NCBI GenBank assembly: GCA_023920165.1
Contig: CP089275.1
Span: forward strand, 4,712,001-4,776,000
DNA length: 64,000 nt
DNA from: Curvularia clavata
Lineage: Eukaryota
Direction of reading: 5' to 3'
Shown here: positions 36,903-49,058 of the stretch, one piece after another
Numbering within the stretch: the first letter of the stretch is position 1
Layout of the letters: the number at the start of each line of letters is the position of its first letter
The notes under the pieces: generated by a model
What the model saw: the letters and a program-made list of their open reading frames with translations, nothing else
What the model was told of the DNA's origin: nothing
Databases searched by the model: none
Position numbers and translations under genes: made by a program

Positions 36903-38097
36903 ATGAAGTACATGTACGTACATCCCCCGAATTGGACGCACAAACCGCTGCACCGCACGAATTTCCCACTCCCGAACGGCTCATAGACGCCTCCGCACCG
37001 AATTTCCATCCACGATCGCAAAACACCAAAACCCTCGAACTTATGCTGACAAGTGCGCAACAGCCACTCCGAGGAAGAGCTCCCCGTCCCTGAGGGCGTC
37101 AAGGTCCAGATCAAGAACCGAAATGTCGTTGTTGAGGGTGAGTGCGCAATTGGATGCTGAATACAGACACAATACTGATAATGTGACCAGGTCCCCGAGT
37201 AAGCCAGGCGCAATAGCATGACCACGACGAACCGTTTCTTACACTACGCAGGGCAAGCTCACCAAGTCTCTCGGTCACTTGGCGGTCAGCTTCACACACG
37301 TATGTTTGGGATGAAGAATTGGTACCATCAGAAAATACTAAGACTGGTTACAGCCCAAGAAGGACCTCATCAAGATCGAGCTCCACCACGGCTCCCGCAA
37401 GAGCGTCGCCACTCTCCGCACCGTCCGCACACTGATCGTACGTGAAATGCACCGAAACATCGAAATACCAGAGGGAGGACAAGACTGACTTGGAACAGAA
37501 CAACTTGATCATCGGTGTCACCAAGGGTTACAAGTACAAGATGCGCTACGTATATGCCCAGTATGTTACCACTCGGATCTTCTTTTCGCCCTCTCGAAGC
37601 CAATGTCTGGTCCAAGGCGGTTTCCCATGTACTCGGTCCAAGACAGCCCAAGCGGGATAATTGTTGCTGGTACATCCGGAACCTCTGACAAACCAAATTG
37701 GACCAGACTCATGGCGGACGGTACACAGTCGGACTTGGCTAACATGTCACCCAGTTTTCCCATCAACGTCAACCTGGAGAAGAACAACGAGACTGGCTGC
37801 TGGGAGGTTGAGATCAGGAACTTCATTGGCGAGAAGCTTGTACGAAGGGTTGTCCTGAGGCCCGGTGTCGAAGTCGAGGCTTCCAAGAACGTCAAGGACC
37901 AGCTTGAGCTTTCTGGAAACGTAAGACCCCTTCTCTCACAATCAAGTCTCGCCTGCTAACGACAACAGTCGCTCGAGGACGTCTCCCAGGGTGCCGCTGA
38001 TATCCAACAAATCTGCAAGGTCCGCAACAAGGATATCCGAAAGTTCTTGGACGGTCTGTACGTATCGGAGCGCGGCAACATTGTCGAGGACGCTTAA
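36903..38097 (+). CDS. RPL9: 60S ribosomal protein L9 (uL6), 8 exons: 36903-36913, 37064-37137, 37191-37198, 37252-37299, 37354-37437, 37499-37560, 37755-37920, 37969-38097
   Basis: The spliced CDS is 582 nt (193 aa): [16 protein letters not shown]...VEGPRGKL...[20 protein letters not shown]...EIRNFIGEK...[14 protein letters not shown]. Confidence 0.96.
37598..37743 (+). other. Structured RNA element in RPL9 intron 6
   Basis: Nested inverted repeats: AGCCAA/TTGGCT, GTCTGGTCCAA/TTGGACCAGAC (11 bp perfect), GGTTTCC/GGAACC and ATGTAC/GTACAT. Confidence 0.6.
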
Positions 38098-38871
38098 ACG
38101 GTTCTGGGGAGTACGGGTTTCTTTACGGGCACATGAGCATCTATGAACTTCTCTGCATCACATGCGGTTGGCGCCTGGGGGTCTAAGCTCAAAAATGACG
38201 TTCAAACAATACCACCAATGACTTGATGGAAGAAGCATGCATCCACAACCTTGGTGATATGATGGGAAGTCAACCATTTCCGTGTTTGCGCAAGGGTCGG
38301 TGCCCGGGACTTACTTCTTTAGTACAGGACAGTTGTGGTTGACGGCGAGAGCTTTTGTTAACATACAGAGCCAATGAAAGAACGCTTCCCATGTCCACAG
38401 TTGGTTTGCTGTATGTGTGTACTGTAATTGCAGATGGACCATACTGTCTTCCAGCCTTGTATGCATGTTTGATTCTGTCGGAAGGTAGCATGCGTGTCCG
38501 CGGACGCAGGTCCCATTGGTCATGACGTACACGGGTACAGGACTACGGCACTTTGTTGCAACACCCCGCACGCTGGTCAATGATAATGCCGTAAAGTACA
38601 GCCACCGGGACAATGATAAGACTATCACCGCAAAGTCCGATGATTGACAGCTCATCAGCCGTGGGGTAGGTAGGTAAGCATTAAGCGAAGGGCAGAGAAA
38701 GGGCGGGAAAAGGGCGATCACGCTGAGAGTACAAGTATATTAAGAAGGATGTACTCGACATGTTGGCAGATAGATATCCACCACAACTGATTACCCCGCG
38801 ATATCCCACTGGAAAGTCAAAGTACCCTGCCAACACATCGGTAATATCCAACTTGAATTGACCAGCAAAAC

Positions 38872-40068
38872 ATGGTGGACAAACTAGACATCGAGGGTCT
38901 CCTCAAGGAGTCCAAGGCCGAGTACAGACGTCTAGGGAAAAGCGGGCTCAGAGTATCTGTGCCTATCCTGGGTGCTATGAGCATAGGAAGCTCAAAATGG
39001 CAGCCGTGGGTGATTGAAGAAGCCGAGGCACTTCCGCTGTTGAAAGCTGCGTACGACCGTGGTCTAACGACTTGGGATACTGGTTAGCTTGCTAGATGCA
39101 AATCAAAGCTTGGGATTTTTTTTTTGCTAACGCTGTCTCAGCCAACGTCTACTCTAATGGCGTGTCGGAAGAAATCATTGGCAAAGCAATCAAACAATAC
39201 AGCCTTCCACGCGAGAAGCTCGTCATTCTCACAAAATGCTTTGGCTACGTAGGCGAAGACCCTGGCCTTCGCTCCATCAATTATACAAAAGAGCTCGCTC
39301 AGCTCAAAGACTACGTCAACCAAGCCGGACTCTCGCGCCAGGCGATTTTCAACGCTGTCAATGCATCGCTCAAGCGCCTCGATACGGATTACATTGATCT
39401 CCTGCAAATCCACCGGTTTGATCCCAACACCCCCTTGGAGGAGACGATGGAAGCACTGCATGATTTGGTCAAGAGCGGAAAAGTACGGTATATTGGTGCG
39501 AGCTCCATGTGGGCAGTGCAGTTTGCGCAGATGCAGTTTGTAGCGGAGAAGAATGGGTGGACCAAGTTTGTTAGCATGCAGAATCACTATAATCTGCTGT
39601 ATCGGGAGGAGGAGCGCGAGATGAACCGGTTTTGCAATGATACGGGAGTTGGGCTTATCCCGGTAAGTCGCTGTTTACAATTTGCTTGAAGTCGTTTGTG
39701 ACAGGTTGCTGAACAAGTCTTAGTGGGCGCCTCTCTGTCGCGGCCATCTTGCTCGTCCGCTCTCAGCCTTTGGCTCAACGACGCGTTCTGAAGGCGAGCA
39801 GAAAGCCGCCAATCAAACTACAGGTAGCAGGGAGGTGGACAGGAAGATCATCGAGCGAGTGCAGGAGCTGGCGAAGAAGCATGACTGGAAAATGAGCCAT
39901 GTTGCACTGGCGTGGATCAACAAGCGTGTGTCGAGCCCCATTATTGGGTTCTCGAGCGTGGAGAGGATGGACGAGGCGCTAGAGGCCAGAGGCAAGGAGT
40001 TGAGTGAGGACGAGGAGAAGTATCTCGAGGAGCTGTATGAGCCTGTGCGCATTTCGGGGCACTCGTAG
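38872..40068 (+). CDS. Aldo/keto reductase (aryl-alcohol dehydrogenase-like); exons 38872-39082, 39142-39662, 39724-40068
   Basis: [52 protein letters not shown] and [16 protein letters not shown]. Confidence 0.93.
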
Positions 40069-40923
40069 GTTGGTGGTGCGACTGAGATGTGTGCTATGTA
40101 CAGCCTTATGGTCCTATGAGCACGTGAGGTACAAGCTGCGTGTCTCCTGGTGCACCGAAATAGCCGGACAGAACCGCCCAGCTATATACAGTCAAATCTA
40201 CGATAACAGCATAGACTTAATGTAGTGCATTGTATACTGGCTAGATGTATGCGTATCTACCTCGCGTCGAGGGCGTTTTATCGGAGTCTGGGTAAGACAG
40301 GTTTCGTCCGACTCTCCGGTACATCAACAGCGTCAAAAGCAACACGCAATGACCATGGGAATATGCACTCGGCTCGGCGCAGACTATCGTATGCAGCATC
40401 GACCAAGTGGATCAATCGAGACAGCGGTTGGTGCTAGCTGAGACGATGCGAGTGGAGGATGCGGGCTTTGTCAACCCATGGCGCGACCAATGACGTCGGT
40501 CGCGTGATGCATCTCACCACCGTACCTGAGCTGAAGCATGGCGGCGACACAGCAGCACAGCGGCACAACAACGCCCCAAGGCAATGCAGATGGGCAAAAC
40601 TGAGGCTCAAGTGCTAGCTTCCGGTGCCCTTTGCTGGTCCTGGGCCACGATGCCAAAAAGGCGTCTCTTGTCACATCGGGGGCCACGCATGCGCTCACCA
40701 ATGGTGGTTGGCTCTCTCCCCCGCATTCTGGGCGATGGTCGCCCTTCCCCGCACGGGTCCGACCATTCACATCTCACGCCGATGGGATTGATTGGATTGC
40801 GCCCCTTGGACGTGGTGATCAATCAAGTGACCGTCGCCTGTGTCTTCCTGCCCCCGACACGCTGGGCCCCTCATAAAGCTGTCCCTTCCCCTTCTTCCTC
40901 TTCTCTTCTTCACTCATCTCCCG

Positions 40924-40925
<2 letters not shown>

Positions 40926-40953
<28 letters not shown>
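40926..40953. repeat. (CA)14 microsatellite in the probable 5' leader of the 41059 gene
   Basis: Perfect CA run seen directly. Confidence 0.95.
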
Positions 40954-40956
<3 letters not shown>

Positions 40957-41058
40957 ATCAGCCACTTGCCCTGCCGCCTTCTCACCTCTTTGTGATCTAT
41001 CACTCTCATCCCACACTCTTCCATCGCTTCCGCTAGCTCCTGCACTCCCACCACTACA

Positions 41059-41846
41059 ATGGCCGCAGAGACAGAAAACACACTCCAGAAGGTCGACTCT
41101 CTGACCGAGGAGCACAAGGATGGCGCCGCCAAGAAGGGTCACCGTAGAGTCAGCTCCATGGCTGCCGATGTCTACCGCATTGAGGACCTAGGTATGTGTT
41201 CCGGTGACGAGACCCTGAGGCTGAGGGGTCGAATGAGGGGCAGACGATGCTAACTCGTCCACAGAAAAGGAGAACAAGCACATTGAGATCTCAATTGAGA
41301 CACAGAAGCTCAACTGGTAAGAAGCCCCCTCTCCTTTCGTCTCGTCTGGTGTCGTCTTCGCTGCGTCCGCCGTGATCCGGGTGGCTCTGGTCCGCTTCTT
41401 CCGGGTTGAGATGGTGCTAACGCATGCCACTTAGGAAGCTGAACAAGTCACCCACAACTGTCGAGGATCCCTCAGTACTGAAGCTGCCGCTCACGGAGCC
41501 CAAGCTCAAGTCTATTACCCTGCACTTCCCGCTTGGCCTCGAGGTCGTCGCACGGAATATGAAGGGTGTCACCATCAAGGACGCACTAGATGCCATCCAC
41601 AAGCAGTTCAAGAAGCGCGTAAGTACAAGACCGTGTCATGACATGTCTGGTTCAACACAGCTGACCCCCTCAAAGGCAGACGACGAGTTCGAGAAGCCAT
41701 ACCTCATGGGCTTTGAGTGGGACCCATCAGAGTGCTACACTCGCTTCATCGTCCACCAGTCGGCCAACCCCACCGCACCCAATGCATTCGCTTCAGGCGG
41801 CAAGAAGAAGAAGGCCAAGAAGGCCGAGGGCGAGGAGGGTTCCTAA
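41059..41846 (+). CDS. Small uncharacterised protein (about 180 aa); exons 41059-41191, 41265-41316, 41435-41618, 41676-41846
   Basis: Three canonical introns keep the frame, codon bias is strong, and the protein has GVTIKDALDAIHKQFKK and a lysine-rich NLS-like C-terminus. Confidence 0.82.
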
Positions 41847-42672
41847 GTGAATGACTCGCCCCCTTCCCAATCTTCGACTCGTACAAACAGCCTCAGTCAT
41901 GGCACCGTACTCGAGCATCGGATGGTCCGGGTATGGCTGTGCATCTGGGTGCTGGTCAATCTTGATATCGATATGGGAAGAGCGAGTGCGTCTTCCACGA
42001 CGACGTAGCCGCTATGCTGCACACCTGGCTAGGTGGACAGCTTGCTGGTGCGGCCATCGTGAGGAATGATGCGTCGTGGAACCGTTCGCAAGGTGTGTAC
42101 CTGGTGCAAAGGTAACATCTTACTATGTAGACTTATGAGCATTTATTCGGGCTGCCGGAAGGCGCCTGAAGCAATGAGAAGAGGTTAATGCCATACTCGT
42201 GTGTAAAGAGTGGTTGTGATGTCGTCGCCAGCCCTTGACGTTGACGGGGCCAAGAGATCCACAGCGGGCAGAGCTCCACGCAGTAAGCGAGGGGCACGAT
42301 GTGGGCTTCGGCCGGCCTGAATGATGCCCCTCGCGCCCCTCCCAGCTAGTCACATGCACACACTCCCATGGGCCTACAGTGCCAGCCTCCTCAGCTCGAA
42401 TCGGATAGCTCGCCACCTTGCATTGGTAGCGTGCTCGCCCTCGCGTTTCACTTTGTTTGGATCTTGGCTATCCGACACCATGTTTTATTCATCACGGTCT
42501 TGCTTTTCTTCCGCTGCTCCTGTGCCACCCTTACATCTCAACTGTCGTCTACGCCAAGTAGCTAGCATAGCTCCAACCTTATAACCCTTCACAGCAAGGC
42601 CGTACAGTCGATCCACTTGAACACACGCCCTTCAATATTACATGCCCACTGCGCTTTCCCATACCTTTTACC

Positions 42673-44520
42673 ATGTTTTCAACCCTCCAGATACGGCCGG
42701 CCAAAACCCCACGTCGGAAACCCAATTTGACTATCCATGCCGGCGTCTCAAAGCGCAGAGTATCCTTTGTCTCCGCTCTGAGCGCGAGCAGGGTGCCGTC
42801 GTTAAGCTTCATGGAGGGTTTGTTTGGAGACGAGTTCCCAGAGGCCTTCGGAAGCGGTGACGGACCCCCGGACAAGAGTAGGAAAACCATTTTGGATTTG
42901 CCAGCTGAGCTGTTGGATATCGTGTGCGCATACATCTCCAAGCTTGACATCAAGCGCCTGCGACTTGCTAGTAAGCAGCTAGCCAATAGCGTCTATCTTC
43001 GCATCGATCGCGTCTACGTTTCGCCAAACCGAGCAAACCTTGACTATTTGTACCAAATCATGTCGCATCCCAGCTACAAATGCCGAGTCCGTGAGATTGT
43101 CTGGGATGATACCCGCCTCGAGGAGTACCCGACGCTCAGCAGCTTCCGCGAGGCCATTCGAGTGGACGAAAGAGAAACCAAGAGGGCCATTGAGAATCGC
43201 CTAGAGGAAGCCATCTGGATCTATGGCGAAGAAAATCCCGAGTATCATGCACTCGAACACGACGACCTTTTTGATAGCAGCATGCGCTTGACTGCGGCTG
43301 CGAAAGAAATCCTCCTGCGATACGGCGATCAGTTCGCAAGAGAGGTCCTTGCGCGAAATGCAGCCATGATGGGCATCGAAGAGAGCTACTCGCTCTACCA
43401 GGACTTGTATCGGGAAGAACAAGTGATCATGCAGCAGCAGTCAGATGTCCAAGCACTACAACAAGCACTGGTGGGATTTCCAAATCTCAAGAGAGTCACG
43501 TTTTCAACCGAAGTTTGGCGCTCCACTTCCTTCCCACTCCGATACAATACGCCATTTCACAAGTCGCTGCCCGTGGGATTCCGCAAGCCGAGTGTCAGGC
43601 ATGTGTCCTATGCACATATTCCACTAGAGCACGTCCAGGACCGCGATGTGAAGACGCCTTTTCAGAACAATCGATCACTAACGGGCTCGCAAGGTTACTC
43701 TGCTTTGGTATCTGCCATAACCGACATGCAGATGCCAAAGATTGAGGAATTTGTTGCCGAAACAGAAGATGAGGCCGCACTCGAACCCGCGCCTATAATG
43801 AACGACAACCACAACTTCCCTTTTACTTCAAAGAACGTCGATGACACTGTGAAAATGTTCCAGCGAACCCCACTGAAAAAGCTCAAATTCTTCGTCACGT
43901 CTGAGATGGATGCCCGACCGGTATTCACCCCCGACAACACTACCATCAACAAAAATTTTCTTTCCCATCTTCCCCATCTCCAACACCTCGATCTAAGCCT
44001 CAGCTACAACAAAAAGGCACCCGCGTCTGGTATGCCACTGCGCCTCATCCCTATCCCCGAGACCTTGAAAGAGCAACTCAAGACCCTTACCCTACATCAC
44101 ATTCTTGCAGAATGCGAAGACATCGTCGGCCTGCTAGTCTCCATGCCAAAACTCCGACACGTCACGCTGCACCGTCTTTACCAGTGGATGGGCCACCCCT
44201 CGTGGCACGCACACTTTGAACGATTAAAAGAACACTACAGCTCCGCAGAGTGTACAAGTAGGCCGAACTTTACTATTTGCCAGCTGCTGCAGTCTGATGT
44301 GACTTGCTTCCAGATTGTGGATCAAGAGATAGATGAGTTTTTGTTTGGAGATGGTAAAGAAAACCCGTTTTTAAAGGATGGAGATAGGACGTTTGCGATG
44401 CTGAGGCCACAGATTGGGTGGAGGGTGGACACGAGGGATGACAGTGTTAGAGAGAGGATGAGTGACTTTTCAAAACGTATGGAGGTAGTGGAGGAGGTCA
44501 GTGAGTGGGATGTAGTTTAG
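42673..44520 (+). CDS. F-box domain protein (probable start 42811, MEGLFG)
   Basis: F-box ILDLPAELLDIVCAYISKLDIKRLRLASKQL followed by an LRR-like C-terminus (LPHLQHLDLS, MPKLRHVTL). Confidence 0.85.
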   Translation: MFSTLQIRPAKTPRRKPNLTIHAGVSKRRVSFVSALSASRVPSLSFMEGLFGDEFPEAFGSGDGPPDKSRKTILDLPAELLDIVCAYISKLDIKRLRLASKQLANSVYLRIDRVYVSPNRANLDYLYQIMSHPSYKCRVREIVWDDTRLEEYPTLSSFREAIRVDERETKRAIENRLEEAIWIYGEENPEYHALEHDDLFDSSMRLTAAAKEILLRYGDQFAREVLARNAAMMGIEESYSLYQDLYREEQVIMQQQSDVQALQQALVGFPNLKRVTFSTEVWRSTSFPLRYNTPFHKSLPVGFRKPSVRHVSYAHIPLEHVQDRDVKTPFQNNRSLTGSQGYSALVSAITDMQMPKIEEFVAETEDEAALEPAPIMNDNHNFPFTSKNVDDTVKMFQRTPLKKLKFFVTSEMDARPVFTPDNTTINKNFLSHLPHLQHLDLSLSYNKKAPASGMPLRLIPIPETLKEQLKTLTLHHILAECEDIVGLLVSMPKLRHVTLHRLYQWMGHPSWHAHFERLKEHYSSAECTSRPNFTICQLLQSDVTCFQIVDQEIDEFLFGDGKENPFLKDGDRTFAMLRPQIGWRVDTRDDSVRERMSDFSKRMEVVEEVSEWDVV

Positions 44521-45227
44521 CGGGAGAGGCTGGAGCTTTGAGGCGAGAGTACGAGAAGACCTGAGTAATGTGGTCTCGCGTTTCCTCAACTCTGAAAAAG
44601 AGGCATGCAGCACGGGATATATGGGTCACGTCAGATTGATCACCTACAAGACGTGGCTAGTCTTCGTGGCTGTTCTTTGCCCCGATATCGTCCGTATTCA
44701 TGGATTTCCTCCCTTTGGTCTGACTTCATCTACAAAAGTCGAGCGAGTCAAACAAGGATCGAGCGGGGCGCTTCAGATTGAATGATCTGAGGGCGGATGC
44801 GACCATTCAGGCACCTCTTGGTACACTGTGTACACGACGATTGTGGTTGTATCCCATGGCTATCTAAACATGTGCGAAGAGATTATGCAGACTGAACAGA
44901 AATTAAGAGCAAGCCAAGAAGCAAGTTGAGCCAAGAAAGGTAAAATGCATGGTCAGAAGGGAGTTGGGATGAAGTGTATAACATTTGTGTTTTCTCGACG
45001 ATAAGTACGAACACGATGGGCTTGGGCTTGAATTGAACTGGCAACAGGCATATGAGTGCCTCTGTGGCTACATTCTGAAGTATCCTTTGCAAAGGTGAAT
45101 AGTAATATATCGAACGAAAGATATGGTATTGCTATTGAACGGTTTACCTGGATACCTCCCCTTCCCCTTTTTGTTTCCGCCCAGCTCACCCCCTCACCAA
45201 AACCCTTTCCACTTCGCAATTCAAGTC

Positions 45228-46812
45228 CTACCCCACAAGCCCCTCCACCTTCTCCGGCCAACTTCCCAAAACCAATGCGCTCGCCGGGATCTGCCCAGGC
45301 AACGGACTCAACAACCTAACCTTCTTCTTCGCCTCATCCACATCCGCCACATACACATACCCCCTAATACTACTATCTCTAATCACCGCCATGGCCTCAT
45401 TCGCTCCCGCCGTCGTAATCGCCAGCAACGTACCCACCATCCCCTCGTCTGGAACTACTTTGTCGAACAGCCTTGGCGCGAGCGGCTGGCCATATTCATC
45501 TGTTGCTTCGTCGCTTTCCTCTGCAATCTTGAAGATGTGCAAGTCGCTGAAATCAGCCATCTGGCTGCTTGGTGCTAGTGTCTCGTCGCCGGCGCGGCCG
45601 AAGAAGTATTCCTTGATTTGGGAGTGCCGCAAGGAATGCATGTAGGTTTCGCTGCGGTCGACGCAGCCGCCGGATTTGTCGAGGCGGAGGACAGTGATGG
45701 TTTCCGAGGGGTCCGTGGTGGTGCGAGAGGAGAATTTGCGCGAGAGGTCTGAGTAGAGGCGTTCGGAGCCGAGGGTTATGAGGATATTGACTGTTTGGGG
45801 GAAACAAAGGGGATGTGGTTAGCGTTTTGATTCAGGGAAAGAAGGAGGGGTGTACCTGGGTGGATATGTATGTGTGGACATGTATGCAAGAAAAACAAGA
45901 AGATGGGCAGACTAGGTCTAGGGTGTAGAATAGTGTTGAATGCATGGGCAGACAAAAGGAGATCAAGACATCACACGCACCCGAAAACTCAGAAACAATA
46001 TGCTCTATGTTGTCGTAGACGCCATTCTTCCCCTGGCTAATCGCGCCTGAGCTATCGATGATGAAGCCAGCCTGCTTGCTCAGCTTATCCTCCTCCAGTC
46101 TACTTGTAACCGCGAGCGCCATGCGCGTGACCAACGGCTTGAACACCCTGCCTTCTTCTGGATCTTTCAGCCCATAGTGATACACCAGTGGCATCTTAAC
46201 TGGGATCGGGCTGGGTCCGGAGATAGGACTGCTGCCCCACCCTTCCTCAATATCTACGATTGACGAGAAAGCGGCGGCGGAGAAAGACCCGGGCACGCTC
46301 AGCATGCCCTGGCGCGGATCCAGATTCACCACCATGGGCTGTCTGTCCGACTTGACCGCGTAGGATACCAGCGTCTTGACCAGCGACGTTTTACCAGAGT
46401 TCTCGGGCCCCACGACGAGAACACGAGGTCCCATGTCTACGCTCCCGCTCGCAACGCTCTTGTCGCGCAGGTTCTCCAGCGCAAAGTGCAGATTTGTTAC
46501 GCTCATCATTGGCGTCTCTTCAGCGACATAGTCGGACTCGACGTCGCCGCCAATGTCGAGCTTGCACCCGTGCCATGTGTAGATTGCGCCTTTTGTGCCG
46601 GAGAAGGAGTATGTGGTTGAGGGAGCGAGTTCAGTGCCGAAGAACTCGGCGGTTCCGGAGGCGAGCTTGATTGTGAGGGTGCGCGAGAAGGAGACTTCGA
46701 AGCGGTATTCGGCGTTGGCGGCGAGCTCTTGGGTTCGTGTCACGGAAGATGTGGGGGCGTTAAGGGGCTCGGCGAGCTGCGAGGAGAGGTTGAGGCCGGG
46801 GAGGGATATCAT
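45228..46812 (-). CDS. CLP1: mRNA cleavage/polyadenylation factor Clp1 (RNA 5'-kinase family); exons 46812-45981 and 45790-45228
   Basis: GTAEFFGTEL, AIYTWHGC, YVAEETPM, Walker A GPENSGKTS, NLDPRQG, spliced FSVNILITLGSERLY, and IKEYFFG. Confidence 0.93.
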
Positions 46813-46833
46813 GGTGGTGGTGGTGGTGGTGGT
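46813..46833. repeat. (GGT)7, i.e. (ACC)7 immediately before the CLP1 start codon
   Basis: Perfect trinucleotide run abutting the ATG on the minus strand. Confidence 0.9.
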
Positions 46834-47365
46834 GGGTACGCTGAGGCGAGAGTGGTAACCAGAGCGTGTCGTTGATCAGTCAATTGAATGAGGGCGGTTT
46901 ATTGTAGATTGGTGAGGTTGTGTAAAGTTGACTCGGTTCGAGAAAGGCAGACAGGGAACAATCTAGTCGCCAGAGTCATGCGAATCTACCAGAGTGGTTA
47001 TGAGCCCAGAAAACCTTGCAGCTGCAAGGCGAAAGCAATATATCTCAAGGGAGGGAAGAGCAGAGGATGCGCGACCTTGAGCTACAGCACAGGCCATGCG
47101 GACTTGACGCCTGCCCATTGGCGGAGGTGTCGGCGTGCTCCGCATATGACAGCGACCTCGTCTGGTGCAACATGCCCAGTCTAAACCATCGATTGAAGCT
47201 TATCTGCCTACTTTGGATCCATCACCTGAGATAACTTGTGTTGGAAGAACTATGCAGAATATCCCCAGTTGAATATCGTCTTCGCCACGTCTACCAGTCC
47301 CTCGCTGTCCAGTATCGCGAAACGCTTCCATTGAATATTGTCGCCCTTGAGTCTCCTCCGACACA

Positions 47366-49058
47366 ATGAAGTCGTACTTGGCAGCACTATCCTTGGGGTC
47401 TCTCCTCCCTCTGCAAACCGTTTTAGCCAACTCGAAAGACGCCTACCATCAAGAGCCTCTGAAAGTCGATATCGATCCGGTCAAGTACCGTGCAGCATGT
47501 CCAGACTATGCACACTACGCTAAACGACCACAGTATGTAGAGACTTGTGTACGATATAACTTTCGCTAATGTACCTGCCAGTCCACCATACAGTTCAGGT
47601 CCTATGAAACTCCCCTTCCAACGACCTTCAAAGTACTGTCGAACTTTTGAATCGCCTCTTGTCGAGAAGGTCATTGATGATATGAGTAAGAAGATGGTCG
47701 ATAAGGATCTCGCCCGCCTCTTTGAAAATGCCTTTCCGAACACACTCGATACGACTGTGAGGTGGCATGTAGACAAGACTGCTAAGCCCAAGGAATTCCG
47801 ACAAAGCTGGGATTCTGCTGCTTGGAAAGGACCACAGAGTTTCATCGTCACTGGTGACATCAATGCGGAGTGGCTACGCGACTCGACGAACCAACTGGCT
47901 CAATACCAACTCCTTGCCAAAAAGGACAAGGAAATCCACCAGCTCATTCTAGGTGCCATCAATACCCAGGCAGAGTACGTCATCGGGTCTCCCTACTGCA
48001 ATGCTTTCCAGCCACCTCCACCAAGCGGTCTAAAACCGACCTTCCAAGGCGATGGCGACAACGTGCATCCCTTCTACGAGGAGTCCTTCGTCTTTGAATG
48101 CAAATACGAGCTGGATTCCCTCGCTCACTTTCTCTCTCTGTCAAACCAATTCTACAACCACACCGGCTCAACCGAGTTCATCAACGGACGATGGCTCCTC
48201 GCTCTCGACACGCTTCTAGGCGTCTTGAATGAGCAATCGAAACCCACCTTTGACGAAAAGACCGGCGAATACCAAGGTAACGAGTACACCTGGCGACGCA
48301 AAACCGACAGCGGCACCGAGACCCTCGGGCTCAGTGGCTTGGGTAACCCTCTGAACGGCGGCACAGGCCTCGTCCGCAGCGCCTTTCGCCCCAGCGACGA
48401 CGCCACCATCCTAGGCTTCCTCATCCCTTCCAACGCCATGATCGCCACCGAACTAATCCGCACCTCGCACATGCTTTCCAAAGCCGGCAAGAAAACCATT
48501 GCCAGCCAAGTCCTCTCTTGGGGCGAGAAGATCAAAGAGGGTGTCTGGGAACATGGTGTGGTAACGCACAAAAAATACGGCCAGGTCTTTGCCTTTGAAG
48601 TCGACGGCTACGGCTCCTCTATCCTCATGGACGACGCCAATCTCCCCTCGCTACTCGCTCTGCCCTTGCTCGGCTTTACCGATACCAAGAACGAAGTGTA
48701 TAAAAACACTCGAAAGATGATTCTAGACAAGAGAGGGAATCCATACTACCTGACTGGCGAGGCCTTCAACGGTATCGGCGGCCCACATGTTGGTCTGCGC
48801 AATGCGTGGCCCATGGCTGTCCTCGTGCAGGCTATGACGAGCGATGATGACAAGGAAATCACCACGTGTCTTGAAGCAGTCAAGAATGTGTCAAGGCTGG
48901 GGCTGGTGCATGAGAGTATTAATGTAGAGTATAGCTCGTCGTATACGCGGAGTTGGTTTGCATGGGCCAACTCTGTGTTTGCGCAGACGATTTTGGACCT
49001 CGCGCAGAGGAAGCCGCATTTGTTGTTTGGGAAAGGGGAGGAGGCGTACACTTTGTAA
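47366..49058 (+). CDS. Secreted GH125 exo-alpha-1,6-mannosidase-like protein; exons 47366-47532 and 47582-49058
   Basis: Signal peptide, LFENAFPNTLDTT, TGDINAEWLRDS, FECKYELDSL, SAFRPSDDA, MDDANLPSLL and RSWFAWANS. Confidence 0.93.

Noticed and set aside
45791..45980. Long (190-nt) CLP1 intron as a possible snoRNA host
   Set aside because: No proper C box (RTGATGA) with terminal stem; it contains only short internal duplications and pyrimidine tracts.
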